Below, in pieces: positions 1 through 12,660 of a stretch of 64,000 nt of DNA. A program made the position numbers and the translations under genes. Below the pieces are notes generated by a model, which ran no database searches, was not told the origin of the DNA, and saw nothing but the letters and a program-made list of their open reading frames with translations. Source of the stretch: Octopus sinensis (Eukaryota); NCBI RefSeq assembly GCF_006345805.1, contig NC_042999.1, positions 17,298,001 through 17,362,000 of the forward strand. The letters are read 5' to 3'. Numbering within the stretch: the stretch's first letter is position 1; every line of letters begins with the position of its first letter.

Positions 1-1950
1 ATGTAAACAAATTACCTCCATAATATAAGTTACTGTTTAAGCCCAATTCACCGCTGAACAACTGAATCTAGAATGTTGAAGCTGATATTTCCTGAATATT
101 AAAGGGCTACGCATACAGCTAATTTACTGTGTATGGTTAGTCACTCGTACTAAAGACGCCAAGACTCTCCATATTGTTTGTTGCAGAAGGAAGACGGGGA
201 ATAAACATAATGAGACGGAATTGCAGAAAATAATATTAGAAAACGAGGAGTAATACTATCATTTTGTTATAGACGAGTTATTGTTTAAATTGAATACCAA
301 AAAGAATTATCATCTGAAATTTCGTTGCAATTTGGAGACATTAAATTGCCAAAGCAGCGTCGTATAATTGAGGTATATTGTAGCTGTAATGATTTATTTT
401 CCCCTAAACCTCGTTGTGTATTTTTTTTTTGTTGCAAAGCTTTATTAATTTTAAGGGAAATGCAATTTCTTATGATATGGCAGAAAAGTATGAAAGGTAA
501 TTCCTTGATTTCGCGTACAATATAGTCGTGACTTCTTCATAATTAACCCCACATATTATTTTAGATAATTATTTCTCAGTCGAAATAGCACCTGCTTTGA
601 AAGCAGTATGTTTGCCAAAATTAATTAGTTACTTAATAATTTTAGCAAAGTATGTTTGAAAGGAATATATTTGTAGCCACATTACAAAAAGGATTGTATT
701 ACAAATATGAAAAAAAATCGAAACGAGGAAATGTAGGTGGCAAGGCAGGTGAAATCTTATAAACAAGTTGTCATATTATGTTTGTGGGCCTGGAGCTCTC
801 ATTTATAATATGATTATTGTAGAAGTTTGCAACAATATAATTCTGATTAGGATGACTTCCTATAATGGTGTTGATTATCATTACACAAAGGCATCAACTG
901 TTATAACTAAAATATCCCTTTTACAGTTATACCAATCCTTAAAACTACAGTTAATTGGTATTTAATATCTCAGACAATGCAAACTTGGACAATGTCTCAA
1001 AACGAAAGGAACACAGCGGATAACATTTTTAATATTCAGAAATAGGAGCTCTTCGCAAGTTCCTATCAAGAGATAGTTGAGGTTAGTCTTAAATCTGTAA
1101 ATTAGATCTCTATAGATATTCAGATATTAGAGGTCGAGATTATGTTTGCTAGGTTTCAATTTGGAGACGTTAAATTTCCAAAGCAGCGTCGTATAATTGG
1201 GGTATATTGTATGTATAAGGACTTACTTTCAAATTCATTTGAAATTAACTATTGTTTTTGTTTTAACTTTAGTTATAAAAGATAATAATGTAGAAGCGCA
1301 ACTTGGGTAGATTATCACAAAGTTTTTGCTTCGTGATACGTTCCTCTCAAATTGGGAAGGAAAGGTTATATGAAATACTAGAAGGGCGTTGTATAATTGC
1401 TTGTGACAGGTTGAGCGGGAGAAAATTTAGATAAGCATGAATTTTTAAGTAAGTTCCTGTAAAGACTTGGCGAGTGAATAATTTTTACATTCCAACTGTA
1501 ACAGAAATACCATAAAGATTCTGTATCTCCTCATTGTAAAGTATCACCAACTAGACGTGGTTTTCTTATTTTCTGCTTAAAAGAAATTTCCATCAATGAA
1601 TATAGATTTTGCAAAGAAACCTTTGGGATACAGATTTGATGCAACACTTTCAGATGCAGGTTTATCAATAATGCCTGTGTGTGGTTATCTTAATTATCTT
1701 TCGATATCGTGCAATTTGCGAGAGTTGTAGCCGATTGTATGGCTTCTGCATCATTGCAGAAGGGTTTTATTTTGTTATTTGTTCTTGTAAGACATTTTGT
1801 TTGGTATATATAATAACGACATATTGGATATGTGCTTTCATCCCTGTGCCATGGTGCTTTACAAATCATTATTAATCAGAGAGCTGTTAGCTCTTGGTGT
1901 GGACCGCCATTTTAAATGTAAACAACGCGCTGATAATAATCTATTCGTAA
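1..1950 (-). pseudogene. Decayed cysteine-rich ectodomain exon of a Methuselah-like/adhesion-type class B GPCR (gene runs off the left edge)
   Basis: Minus-strand translation across stops/frameshifts gives repeated modules: IRCVPFVLRHCP (~986-1022), Y-N-S-*-C-(A)-L-C-N-D (877-906, one base missing), ECKNYS, and three copies of an NYTT motif (plus-strand aagcagcgtcgtataattg-like at ~353, ~1183, ~1383). Resembles the RC..I..CP / Y.N..CA.CN ectodomain repeats of molluscan Mth-like receptors as recalled; no database search possible. Confidence 0.4.
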
Positions 1951-2099
1951 AGTAAGTTAAGTTTATTCTGTACATAAATATGCATTTGGATACCAAAGTG
2001 ATAATGTTAAATCTAGAAAGATATATATTTATGTTATGATCACATTATAGAAAAATCTCAAATTAATAAAATAACTATGTATCTTAGAATGATGCGGCG

Positions 2100-5000
2100 A
2101 GAAACAGTATGCAAATCACCTAAATTGCTATATCAAAATTGATAGGCTATTGTTTGTTTACTTCAGAGATAACAACATACTGTCCTTATTGCTGTGTGTG
2201 ACAAATGTTTTTAAAACAATATATGAAAGTTGGTTGGGTTATTTTAAATGTGAATGAAAAGTGAAATGATAACAAAGGAATCGATTGTTTTTAATTGTTA
2301 TAGATATTGTTTCGACGTCATCTATGCTGATGCAAATTAATGAAGTGATATAAGTTAGAGAATTGATGCAATTTAAATAAATGAGGGAAAATATATTATG
2401 AATCTCTCAGAAGTAATGAAGTATGGCTGCTAAGACACACTACGAGTTTTATCATTAACTGCGTACATACAGTTATTGATTGTGGTCATTCGGCTATTAT
2501 CAGCCAATGTCTCATGTCAACAGCAGCGGTATAATGGATTCGGAATCTGGTAAAAAGCCAGCAGATTTTGACAGGAGATGGAAATCGATTATGTTGACAT
2601 CCATACTTGTCAGTTTCTTTTTTTTATCTTTCTCAAACGATGAAAAGGAAAGTCTACCTCAGGGTATTGTTCATGATGACGCATGTTACAATATAAATAT
2701 ATTTTTTCATAGTCATATTAGTAATTGTAGAAATATACACTATGGTCGAGAATTACGAAGCCACCAATCAAATCAAATCACCAATATTTCAGGCATTATA
2801 ACCTAACTAAATTAACCAGTGAAACGCAAATCTCCCGAGCTCTGGAATTTAAACACGGTGTATGGCAGATGCTTTCTGATTGAAATTAATGCAGATAGCA
2901 ATAAAGTCCATGGGATTTTTTTCTGCCTTTCACTGTCTCTAATTATCCGATTTGGAATATGTAAATCATTATATGTTACAGATCACTGAGGAATTTTCTC
3001 CACTTGGAAGATTGATTTTATGTATATCATTATTATTTCACGTTGATGTATTCACGTAGCATATCGATTTCATTCTAATAATATCCCAAGGGAATATTGT
3101 TTACTTTATTTAACTTATGATCCTTATTATAAAATATATTTTAGTGAATAAATAGTTAAGATGCCCCAAGTTTTATGAATATATCAACAGTTTCAGTGAA
3201 TGGGAATAATCTATACCCTAAAGCTACAGGATAATTTATTCGCACTGAATACAAGTAGCAAAAGACAGGGGCTACATACTTGTGAATAACTACGTTTTGA
3301 ACATTGTAACTGTATTAGGTGCAGACTGAGGAGTGTGATACGGAGTACCAGGAGCCAGAAGTTAACTTTCGTTTCTGCGTAGTCTCTTGGTTTACGCTGC
3401 ACAAAGACTATCAATTTAACTTCAAGGGTTAGCAAAAATTCATTATTTGTATATGTTTGATCCTATTCAGTTATAGTAAAATCGATGCTGTATACTTCAA
3501 ACATATGCCCCTGTTAGTCATAACAGAAAAAAGTTCTTAGTAATATCGATTGAATGATTATTAATCCACAATAAGTTAATATATCATCAACGACTGACAG
3601 ATAGCAAAAAAAATATCAGTTATTAACCCAGATTGATTTGACAATATGTTATGTCGCACGTTCGGATGCCTCTACTACTTAACCATTCTCTCGATGTCTA
3701 CTCTCCGACTGCTACTCAAAGCTGCTCTCGAATCCTCTCTACTCTCACCGCTACTCAACTGTTCTTTCGACGTCTAGGCTTCTCCCTCTATATCTACGTA
3801 TTGTGCTAGCCTACTTCATCGTCAGGGCGCGTCCACGCAACACAATACATCCGTTTTGTTTGTTGCTTGACCTGCTAAAAACAGAAGCTACACTTTTCTT
3901 GATACACATATTTGTTCCCTGTATGCTATAATGGTCCGCGACGATCTTCTGTTTCGCTCGCACGTCCTAGCAAGTTATGAGTTGATCTTCCTGAAACCAA
4001 CTAGCAACCCCACCACTATCTCTGTTGCCTTCTTCCTTTCAACTTCCCTTCAAATTTTCCTGAATATTTAAAGCTTTGACATTTCACATTCTGTCTAATG
4101 CAACATTCACCTCCTTATGATGTTAAAATATTTTCTGCTGTTTCCTGCGCCTTTAAGAACTTCCACTTTCCCTAATCTATCTATAAATAATATCTCTAGC
4201 ATTCGAAATCAAAAGCCATCATCTGAAATGAATAAAAAACAGGCTATGAAATAATGCATATTGTACAAATATTTAACATACAAGATGTCAAACGCGTTTG
4301 ATTACATGACTTCTCGATCGGGGTTGACGTTAGGTTAACAACTATAACAAAACTTTTGTTGTATTTTGTTTTATATGAATAATATATTTTGGAGATCATA
4401 CTGATACCACCGAATTCAGATATATTTTGAAAGCAGAATTCGAAAATGATTTCCAGCAGATGTTACGTTATTTTTCGAATTTGACGTTGTGATGTATATT
4501 GATAACTTTAAAATATATAAATACAAGAATATTTTTTGGGAAACATTACGAAATATTAGAAAAGTGTATGTTATGAAACAATTTCGCGTGGTTTAATGAC
4601 GGAATTTGTCACGATATCATGCAACGAATGTAATAGACTCTATACGAGATATTGTATGCATCCGGTAAAGTGTATTCGTGAATATATGTAAGTAGATTAA
4701 CAATGTTTATGCTATACACCCACAAATACACTCACGAGTACACACACATACACACGCACACAAATACATACATATATACGCCGTGTGCATATCTATTCAT
4801 ACGGCTATATAATAAACATCTGTGAATATGTTAATACAGTTTTCTTTCAATTTATTTTCATACAAACATAAACACAAAACACTTATCGATTTATTTTTCG
4901 CATACAAGCATTTTCATAACGACAAGTATTGCCGCTCTGAAACTGTACATATCATGTACATACAGTAAGCGTGATATACCTAGCTGTGTGCTTATATACG

Positions 5001-7950
5001 TATTGATAAGACCTTTATAAAATAGATGTAAAATAAATAAAAAGTACTAAAAATATTGAAAAAACTAAGGGAGAAACTATGCTGTTACTTCATCCAACTG
5101 TGTTAATTATGAATATTTTAGATTCCTGGCAGTATTTTCATAAATCTCTGATTTATTTAATGATTTCTTGTCGCATGCTGTCTAGTATGCTGGCATTCTA
5201 GATCTTTCGAATAAATGATGTCAAATAGATACCTAATATAGGTGCATTAGTTAAATGTATTGGAAAATGTCTTTTCCTTTAAAAGTGTCTGCTAAATAAT
5301 ATGAAAAAATAATGTGATGTCGCTTCTTTTTATTAACAGTTGGAGCCATAATGAATTTTGTAGTGTTTAAGTTTTTAGAAAAATATGAAATATATTAGCA
5401 AAATTTTATTGGATTGTTCGTAGTCCGTTACATAATATAGTGCAAGTAGAGGCCAGTAGTTTTATTAAGATTTATAAGAGTCTATAGTTTTCAATGCTAC
5501 TTACTATTATGTAGAGAAGAGTAATTCCCCTCCGTGGTTGCATTGAATCTCTTTTAGTTAAAACTAAATGAACATTTTTCTTAAATACTCCACTTCTATA
5601 TCTATTTATGCACGATGACTGCACAATTATGTAAACACTTTATTAGCTATATCTATCTAATATAATCTAAACTATTCACGGTGATATATTGATATATCTA
5701 ACAACTTTAGTTAATAACATCAATGAATGAAGCAATGTCAGCCAGTACTGATGCAAATAATAAAGACATAATTAAATGTTCAGAATATCCACGCAATAAT
5801 GCTCTTAGCAAAGAAATGTTTCAATGACAAATGTTATACTGTATTAAATAAGCGTAACAGTAATAAACATGCATGTTTGTTCAATAAGTGAGAGGTCATT
5901 ACTGACAGAAGATGCGATTTTTAAATGTAAGTCATATTTTCTTGAATTGTTCACGCAATTCTACGCTCTGCCGATGAACTATACATATCATTCCTCCTAC
6001 TGCAATTGTTACTATATATCTGAATGGATATGGAAACACGGGCAAGGCTGCGCTGTAGGAAAGCACAACGGATAAACTACAGTACCGTATAAACGTTGTA
6101 TGCTATGTAACTGGAGTCACACTTACTGCAGATCGCACCCTGACAAATGAATACATTGAATATTGTAACCAACGCAACATTTTTATATGAAAGAATCACT
6201 AGTAGTAACTAAAATGGATGGGATTCTCATATGTATTTGGTGTCAGAGTCGGCATACTGATGAACAACAACAGCTGAAGTAAAAGTAACAATTCAGTAAT
6301 GATTCGCATCCAGCATCTGAGCACGCTAGTCCTAAAATATAAACTCTGAATTTTTACAGTATTCTGCTGATATATATTTTCATCGCTATCACATTGAGGT
6401 GTTTTACAACTTTTGAATGTTCATCATTGAATGCTAAACAAAACGGGGAGCTGGCCGAAACAATAGGGTGCGGGACAAAATTCAGAGCGGCTTGTCCTTC
6501 TTATCGTTCTGAGCTCGAAATCCACTGAGGTGGACTTCGCTTTTGATCGTTTCGGCATCGATAAAATAGGTATCAATAATAAACGGGATCCTTACATCCA
6601 AAGAAATGCTAAAACGTCGTATCGTAAATTAACAAATATCCATGATAACCCCATTAATATGTAAAACTTAGATAAACTTAGATATGTTTCGACCAATGAT
6701 TGGTCCAGGCCATGTCTAACTTAATAGCACCAACATATTAATGCTAATATCTATGTCATATAAGCCAAATAATCTTATGGTGTATTGATGTCTTACGATT
6801 TAGTTAATAACATCGCTATATGAAACAATGCCAGTCAGTACTGATGCAAGCAGAAACAACATAGAAGTATGATAGGAATATTCCCTCATAGAAATGCAAT
6901 AGGGGTTCTCTAGTATATATTGAGGATGGGAATAATACAAAATACGTAGTAATGTGATGGGAACGTCAAGCATCGTAATGTGTCAAGAACGAAGTAATAT
7001 AGAAATGTGAAAAGCGCAACCCGTCCTTACAATTGAAAATATTACAACATAATTAACCAACGATAATTGAGAAAAAAAAAAGATATCTGAAGAGAGTACC
7101 TGAACGTACAAGAAAATCGAATATTGCTAAGAGAGAGATCAGCGCTGATGAAGCAGATACTTTATCAAGAACGTTACAAGTTGCGCACATACTGGCATTT
7201 TTTAGATACATTTTTGCATACTTATTATTTCGATGATTCAGTTGCCTTCAAGAGAGGCATGATTTTAGGATAATTTACTTACTACATCTAGATGTAAGAT
7301 TAATGCTTCGACAGTTATCGTATTAGGCAATTTATGTGATAACTAGCTGTTGAATATATTAGAGGTACCTTTATCATTCTTTAGCGAAACATATTGAAAT
7401 ATTTATACACACTAAATACATGGGTAAATTTAATCCTCAAGTGAAAGAGGGATCATCAAATAAACAATCTATGCATTAGAATTAGGATTTCACAGGTGTT
7501 GATCATCAACTACCATATAGATTAACGATATATTTTCTGTTGCTGTTACAAACTTCATATAATCTGTTGATTACATGCCGATAAGAAAATCGATATATAT
7601 TCTTACATGTTTGTTTTGCTTTAAAGATGTTTAAAAGAAAATCTATTGAATTTATGATTTCGTGTTCTCTTAAAACTTCGAAGCTTTTGGCACACTCATG
7701 GAAATTAATGGATATAGTCTATAGGAACGTGGTGGCATAGACCTTATGCAGTAAAGTGAATATACCTGCGTAAGGATTCGGTTGAATAACCCATGATGAC
7801 AACAACAAATATAAAAAAGAGAGAAATCCTATCTGCCCTCCCTACAAAAATCTGTAATATTCCAAAACGTAAGTTCAACGTTCGTAAGGTTGCAAAATGC
7901 CTTCATCATCTAAATAACATATCGTTAGATATAAATCGGTTATAAACCTG
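2100..7950 (+). pseudogene. Decayed Methuselah-like/adhesion-type class B GPCR (ectodomain repeats plus 7TM), interrupted by repeat insertions
   Basis: Ectodomain-like modules RYCFDVI (~2300), YGRCFLIEI (~2855), KQCQPVL (~5728) with paralogous KQCQSVL (~6822), YKRCMLCN (6088-6111); then 7TM landmarks in correct order: TM1 TLQVAHILAFFRYIFAYLLFR (~7170-7233), TM3 CKINA (7293), TM4 YLYTLNTWVNLIL (7400-7438), ECL2 C* in place of CW (7497) followed by IFSVAVTNFI (TM5), KLLAHSW (TM6-like, ~7680), LQNAFII (7890-7910, cf. class B TM7 LQG.FIF). Many stops and frameshifts. Continuity of 2100-3450 with 5600-7950 is inferred. Confidence 0.5.
6446..6590 (+). mobile_element. Old degenerate tRNA-derived SINE (family S1)
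   Basis: ggggagctggccgaa head, gttctgagctcgaaatcc B-box-like stretch and gcttttgatcgtttcggcatcgataaaataggta, matching the S1 body seen at 47005 etc. Confidence 0.65.
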
Positions 7951-8269
7951 CGGCCTAACCAGATGTAGATATCATAGAAGCAAGATATTTGTTTTGGAAT
8001 TATATTGCAAGTGACATAACATACGAATTAATAAGTCAGCCAGAAACATAAATGGAAGAAAGAAAATATATGATGAAAAATGTTAACCGCCCATATTGTA
8101 TTTCAGATATTTATTTAGTCTCGTTATCATTGTGTGATTATTCCAGGGGATAGGTAGATCTGCTTGGCACTTTAAATGAAATTCCATCAGGGTATTAAAT
8201 CTTTTGCACCTAATTATCTTAATATTCAAGGATTTTATCTTTAATCTTTTATTTGTTTCAATTATTTTG

Positions 8270-8445
8270 GCAACTGCCATACTGGGACACGGCTTTGAAG
8301 GGTTTTAGTCGAACACATCAACCCCAGAACCTAATTTTTGAAGTATGGTACTTATTCTATCGGTCCCTATTGTCGAGCCATTAAGTTTCAGGGACGTAAA
8401 CACTATCAAGGGATGGGGTACAGACACACACACATACACACATAT

Positions 8446-8479
<34 letters not shown>

Positions 8480-8735
8480 CTTTATTTTAAGCAGCAGAAA
8501 ATTCAACAAAATCTGTTACTCTGAGTTTCTCGTTGCCGTTCATCAGACAGTTTTTGCTAGAATATATATATATACAAGAGGCTTCTTTTAGTTTCCATTT
8601 ATTAAATCCATTCACAAGGCTTTGTATTAATCGAAGCTATAGTAAAAAGACCGTTGCTCACGATTGCACACAGCAGAGCTGAACCCTAGACCAAGTAGTT
8701 GAAAGCATATTTCTCATTACAAAGCCACGCCTGTG
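8270..8735 (-). mobile_element. tRNA-derived SINE (family S2) with internal microsatellite; hosts a nested hammerhead-like repeat
   Basis: Collinear with the copy at 55655-56048 (ccatactgggacacgg tail, tacttattctatcggtc, aggcttcttttagtttcc, acaaggctttg, head near 8735). Confidence 0.8.
8513..8550 (-). ncRNA. Minimal type I hammerhead-like ribozyme motif (repeat family H2)
   Basis: Minus strand CUGU-CUGAUGA-A-CG-GCAA-CG-A-GAAA-CUC-A-GAG-UA/ACAG: stem I CUGU/ACAG, catalytic boxes intact, 2-bp stem II with GNRA loop, near-palindromic stem III, GUA cleavage triplet. Position 10.1-11.1 is A.A rather than G-C. Confidence 0.55.
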
Positions 8736-10024
8736 TAGACATAATTTTAATTTAAATGTCCCAAATCGATGGGTGCCAACAATTTCAACGCATCAACCGT
8801 ATTTTCGACTTGGCTACAAATTACATACAAAAAGGAAGCAACTCTGCCTGGCGATATTTTGAAAATTCGCTGCGACAAACCACACTTATTTGGATATAAG
8901 CCTTTATATACAGCAATGCCAAGATATAAGAGTTAATTTGATCCCGGCGACCGTTAGTAAAGCGAAGAAAGCTCGTAAAAAAGCAATAATTTCCCATTGT
9001 AGCATTTTAAATCGTAATTTACATAGTAGTAATTACATAATAGCAGTATACTGAGTAGCAATTATAAATCGTAATTGGTTCCAAGAAAAATACTTCACGA
9101 ATAAAATTTGTAATACTCGAAAATAAGTGGCAATAAAAGAACAAAGTAGAAAGAATGTCAAGATAATTTAAAATGAAAAATGTTATAATAATCACTTTTT
9201 GAATCGCTTTCACTCGCACTAGACTCACCCACACCATTACTTGTTAACGCGATCGCCGATTCACAAGCAGAATTGCAGATTTCTTTTTTTTAAAAAAAAA
9301 ATGAGTAGATTTGTTTGCTTAGAAGAATCTTTTCGCTCTCTATAAATTTCTCGGTAATACGCAGATGCATTTGTTATGACACGGGAAACTTGCATTTCCT
9401 TCAAAATTTGGGTCTTGTACTAAAACAATTTCAGCTCGTAAAGTGAGTTATCTCTGTATGTGTATTCCATAGGGATGTGTACGAGGAATTTGATAGCCGG
9501 TCCTCCTCTGCTGAAGGAGTTCCCCGTATTATGGTTCGCATTGGTACACATGATTTAAAAGAAATAGATTTCTTTCAGGTTCATTTTACTTAGCCAAAAA
9601 GGCGAACAATGCATCACTGGAAACCGTCACAGCAGCAACCATAGCTATATTTTCCAAGCCCTGTTGTTGTTAGTAGCGTTAGATGTACTGCAATTGTTAT
9701 TCGCTGTATCGTTATTTCGTGTTAGCTTTCCACTTCTAATAAATAGTCAATAATATAGTACATTTGTTTATTTATAATCAAGAGTAACATTAACGAAAGC
9801 GACTGGACTTTCTTTTTTCTGTAAATGGTTATAATCCAAGATAAATTTGTCAGTAGCCGCGATTAGGATTTTACAGCCCTTTGGGGACTCTAATATGCCG
9901 TTGTAAATCAAATTCAAATTCCTCACATATCGTTAGAACTGTGTAAATATAATGGCGAAACAAATATAGACATATGTGTGAAATTCTGTAGACGTGGTTA
10001 TTGAGATCCACTAATTATGGAACG

Positions 10025-10275
10025 TGTGGAGGCGCGTGACTTAGTGGTTAGAGTGTCAGCATCATGATCGTAAAATTGTGGTTTCGATTCATGGACCAGG
10101 CGACGCGTTGTGTTCTTGAGCAAAATAGTTCAATTCACGTTGCTCCAGTCCACTCAGCTGGCAAAAATGTGTAACGCTGCGATGGACTGGCGTCTCGTCC
10201 AGCTGGAGAACGCATACGCCTTTGAAACCGGGAAACCGGACCCATGAGCCTGGCTAGGCTTTAAAAGGGTGCATT
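10025..10275 (+). mobile_element. tRNA-derived SINE (family S3)
   Basis: A box tgacttagtggtt, B box gtttcgattc, body ttgtgttcttgagcaaaa...ttgctccagtccactcagct and gcgatggactggcgtc (resembles the V-SINE central domain as recalled). Confidence 0.8.
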
Positions 10276-10729
10276 TATATTACTATTTAATTATGGAACA
10301 ACACAGTAGGTGCACAAGTAAAACTGAACACCTACATGTTTTATTGAATGATTGTTAGTCTTAATTATTTGTATAGCTTTATATGCCTTTCTGCATCGAC
10401 GCGTACACGTCCACTATACATCAACTGGTTCTTCCTGAAGCTATCATTGAGAGTGTGTATTGAGATCCCAGCCCAATTATTTTTCAAATAAACTGAAATA
10501 AACTTTATCCTTGCCCTTTCCGTGATATCTTTTTCATCAAATCCGTTGTCTTTCACTAATATTGTTTACGTGGCGACGCTCCTCATGATGCACTAATTTC
10601 GCCTTTCATTTATTTATTTATTATATATTTATTTTATTAGTTCAATCATCGATGTAAATTTGTTGACCAGTAACGGACTGTTGGTAATTTATAACAAACA
10701 TTATATATATATTTATATATATATATATA

Positions 10730-11020
10730 TGATAAAATATTAGGGAATAAATCGAAACTTACAGGGAAAAATCAGATTAAGGATTGAATCCAATTTTATA
10801 GTAAAATATTATATTATATTAAATTAGAGATAAAACCACTATTAGGCAAATCATACAATGAAAAACTTAAGCCAATACCTAAGATTAATTAATGTATATT
10901 ATTTAAATATATATATTTGATATATATTTAAATAATATAAATTAAATAATCATATGTATTGGCTTAAGTTTTTCATTGTATGATTTGCCTAATAGTGGTT
11001 TTATCTCTAATTTAATATTA
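10730..11020. repeat. Foldback insert in (TA)n: ~64-bp inverted arms (10815-10878 / 10956-11020)
   Basis: attaaattagagataaaaccactattaggcaaatcatacaatgaaaaacttaagccaatac is present in reverse complement ~77 bp downstream; both sides flanked by (TA)n. Confidence 0.85.
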
Positions 11021-11023
11021 TAT

Positions 11024-11119
<96 letters not shown>

Positions 11120-11284
11120 TACATATATATATAATAACCCTTATGGTGAATACTAAAAAAAAGTAAAAATGACAACCACTAGATAGAAGAAAAACGGGAG
11201 AAAGGAAGAGGGAAATGATAGGAAGAGGGAAATGTCTCTATTACTAAGTGACTTTCAAGACTCTATGAATTGGAAATTACAACG

Positions 11285-11510
11285 TGTGGCCTAGAGATAA
11301 AGTGCTGAGTTCAAGTTCGGGGTTTTGATTCCCGGACCTTACAGTGAGTTTTATTCTTGAGGGAAAACACATACTTTTTCTTTGTTCCAGTTTACTGAAA
11401 AAATGCGTAACCCTGCGACGGACTGACGTCCTGTTAAGGGGAGATTTTGTGATGTAGTATTGATCACTTATGAACCTTGGAAACCAGATTACTGGCCTTG
11501 TCAGAACTAG
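11285..11510 (+). mobile_element. Degenerate SINE S3 copy
   Basis: gtggcctagagataaagtg head, ggttttgattccc B box, accctgcgacggactgacgtcctgt matches the 10025 copy. Confidence 0.6.
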
Positions 11511-11519
11511 GACTGGAGA

Positions 11520-12200
11520 TTGTTATATCCCTTGTTGATGGTGGTGGTGATTATGATGATGGGAAGTGGAATAAATCACTATTATTTGTAGCTGCTTAAA
11601 AATATATTTCATCTCCAACTGTGGCAGGCTTTTAAGAATCATTTTTAAAAAATGTCCTCGCTGTCTCAATCTAGAAAATTTTACATTTGAACAAATAGTG
11701 CCATAAGGTCTGTGAATTGTTCCCATAAGATCATAAAGGTGATTCCATATGACCTGTTCATGAAAGAATATAGTTTGAAGGAATATGGCCTGTTCTATAT
11801 GGAATGTTGTTTTTGCTAGTGATGTTGTTATTGATTTTTTTTTCGTTTTTTTCCTCATTCTTTAACTTACACAAATATTTACATTTCTTTACATTATACA
11901 AATATTTGTATTGAAGCTTAAAGCACTGTCTGTATGTTTGATATTTTCTTTGTCTGTATTTTTCTTTAGATTTCATTTTGTCTTTTGAAGATAATTTGAG
12001 AGTTTGTTTATTTAGATTATTGAATCTACAGCAGCCGCTACTCTACCTCTTCCTGCTTTTTTTCCTGAGACAGCTATTTTGCGACAATTGTAAATATTGC
12101 AAATGGCTATTTGCCAACAAAATATGCAACCAGTTAAACTTGCCTCACGCCAAAAGATTCCTCTCCAACATGTAATGGTGTAGGAACTCAGACGATATAA
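11520..12200 (-). mobile_element. Possible highly decayed R4/Dong-like LINE internal fragment
   Basis: Minus strand is A-rich and Lys/Gln-rich and abuts a (TAA)n-type tract like the clearer Dong-like copies; motifs are weak. Confidence 0.3.
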
Positions 12201-12317
12201 ATGTTTTCAGTTTAGAAAAGTTGACAAAAACAAACTTTTATCCGTAAGGTAACTCGGTTTAGTATGACCTCTCTCGAATTTTGACAAAGACCTGCCTGCG
12301 ATTTAACAAGCCATTTC

Positions 12318-12659
<342 letters not shown>

Positions 12660-12660
<1 letters not shown>

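Larger units (their letters stand above)
8030..10560 (-). pseudogene. Third decayed class B (Mth-like) GPCR, tail-to-tail with the previous one, split by a SINE at 8270-8735
   Basis: Minus strand: pre-TM1 KCICVLP...NLQFC (~9270-9390), TM1/ICL1 ILSTLFFYCHLFSSITN (~9105-9155), TM3-like MGNYCFFTSFL (~8965-8998), ECL2 KYG*C (~8790-8805); after the SINE RFNTLMEFHLKCQADLPIPW (TM6-like, ORF 8083-8280) and SSYIFFLPF (TM7-like, ~8050-8078). 5' extent beyond ~9800 is uncertain. Confidence 0.4.

Noticed and set aside
2836-3330. DEG/ENaC channel (TVYGRCF resembling YGNCYTFN; HCNC)
   Set aside because: No ENaC TM2/GAS motif or correct Cys spacing; YGRCFLIEI fits the RC..I module repeated in the receptor ectodomain better.
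3646-4280. Possible solo LTR (pyrimidine-rich block starting TGT)
   Set aside because: No clear CA end, TSD or second copy in the window.
10025-10100. Functional tRNA genes at SINE heads (also 27030, 49708, 52500, 55980)
   Set aside because: No complete cloverleaf; each continues into a repeat body.
10520-10600. bHLH-like basic region (ERRHVNNISERQRI)
   Set aside because: Stop follows immediately; no in-frame helix-loop-helix.
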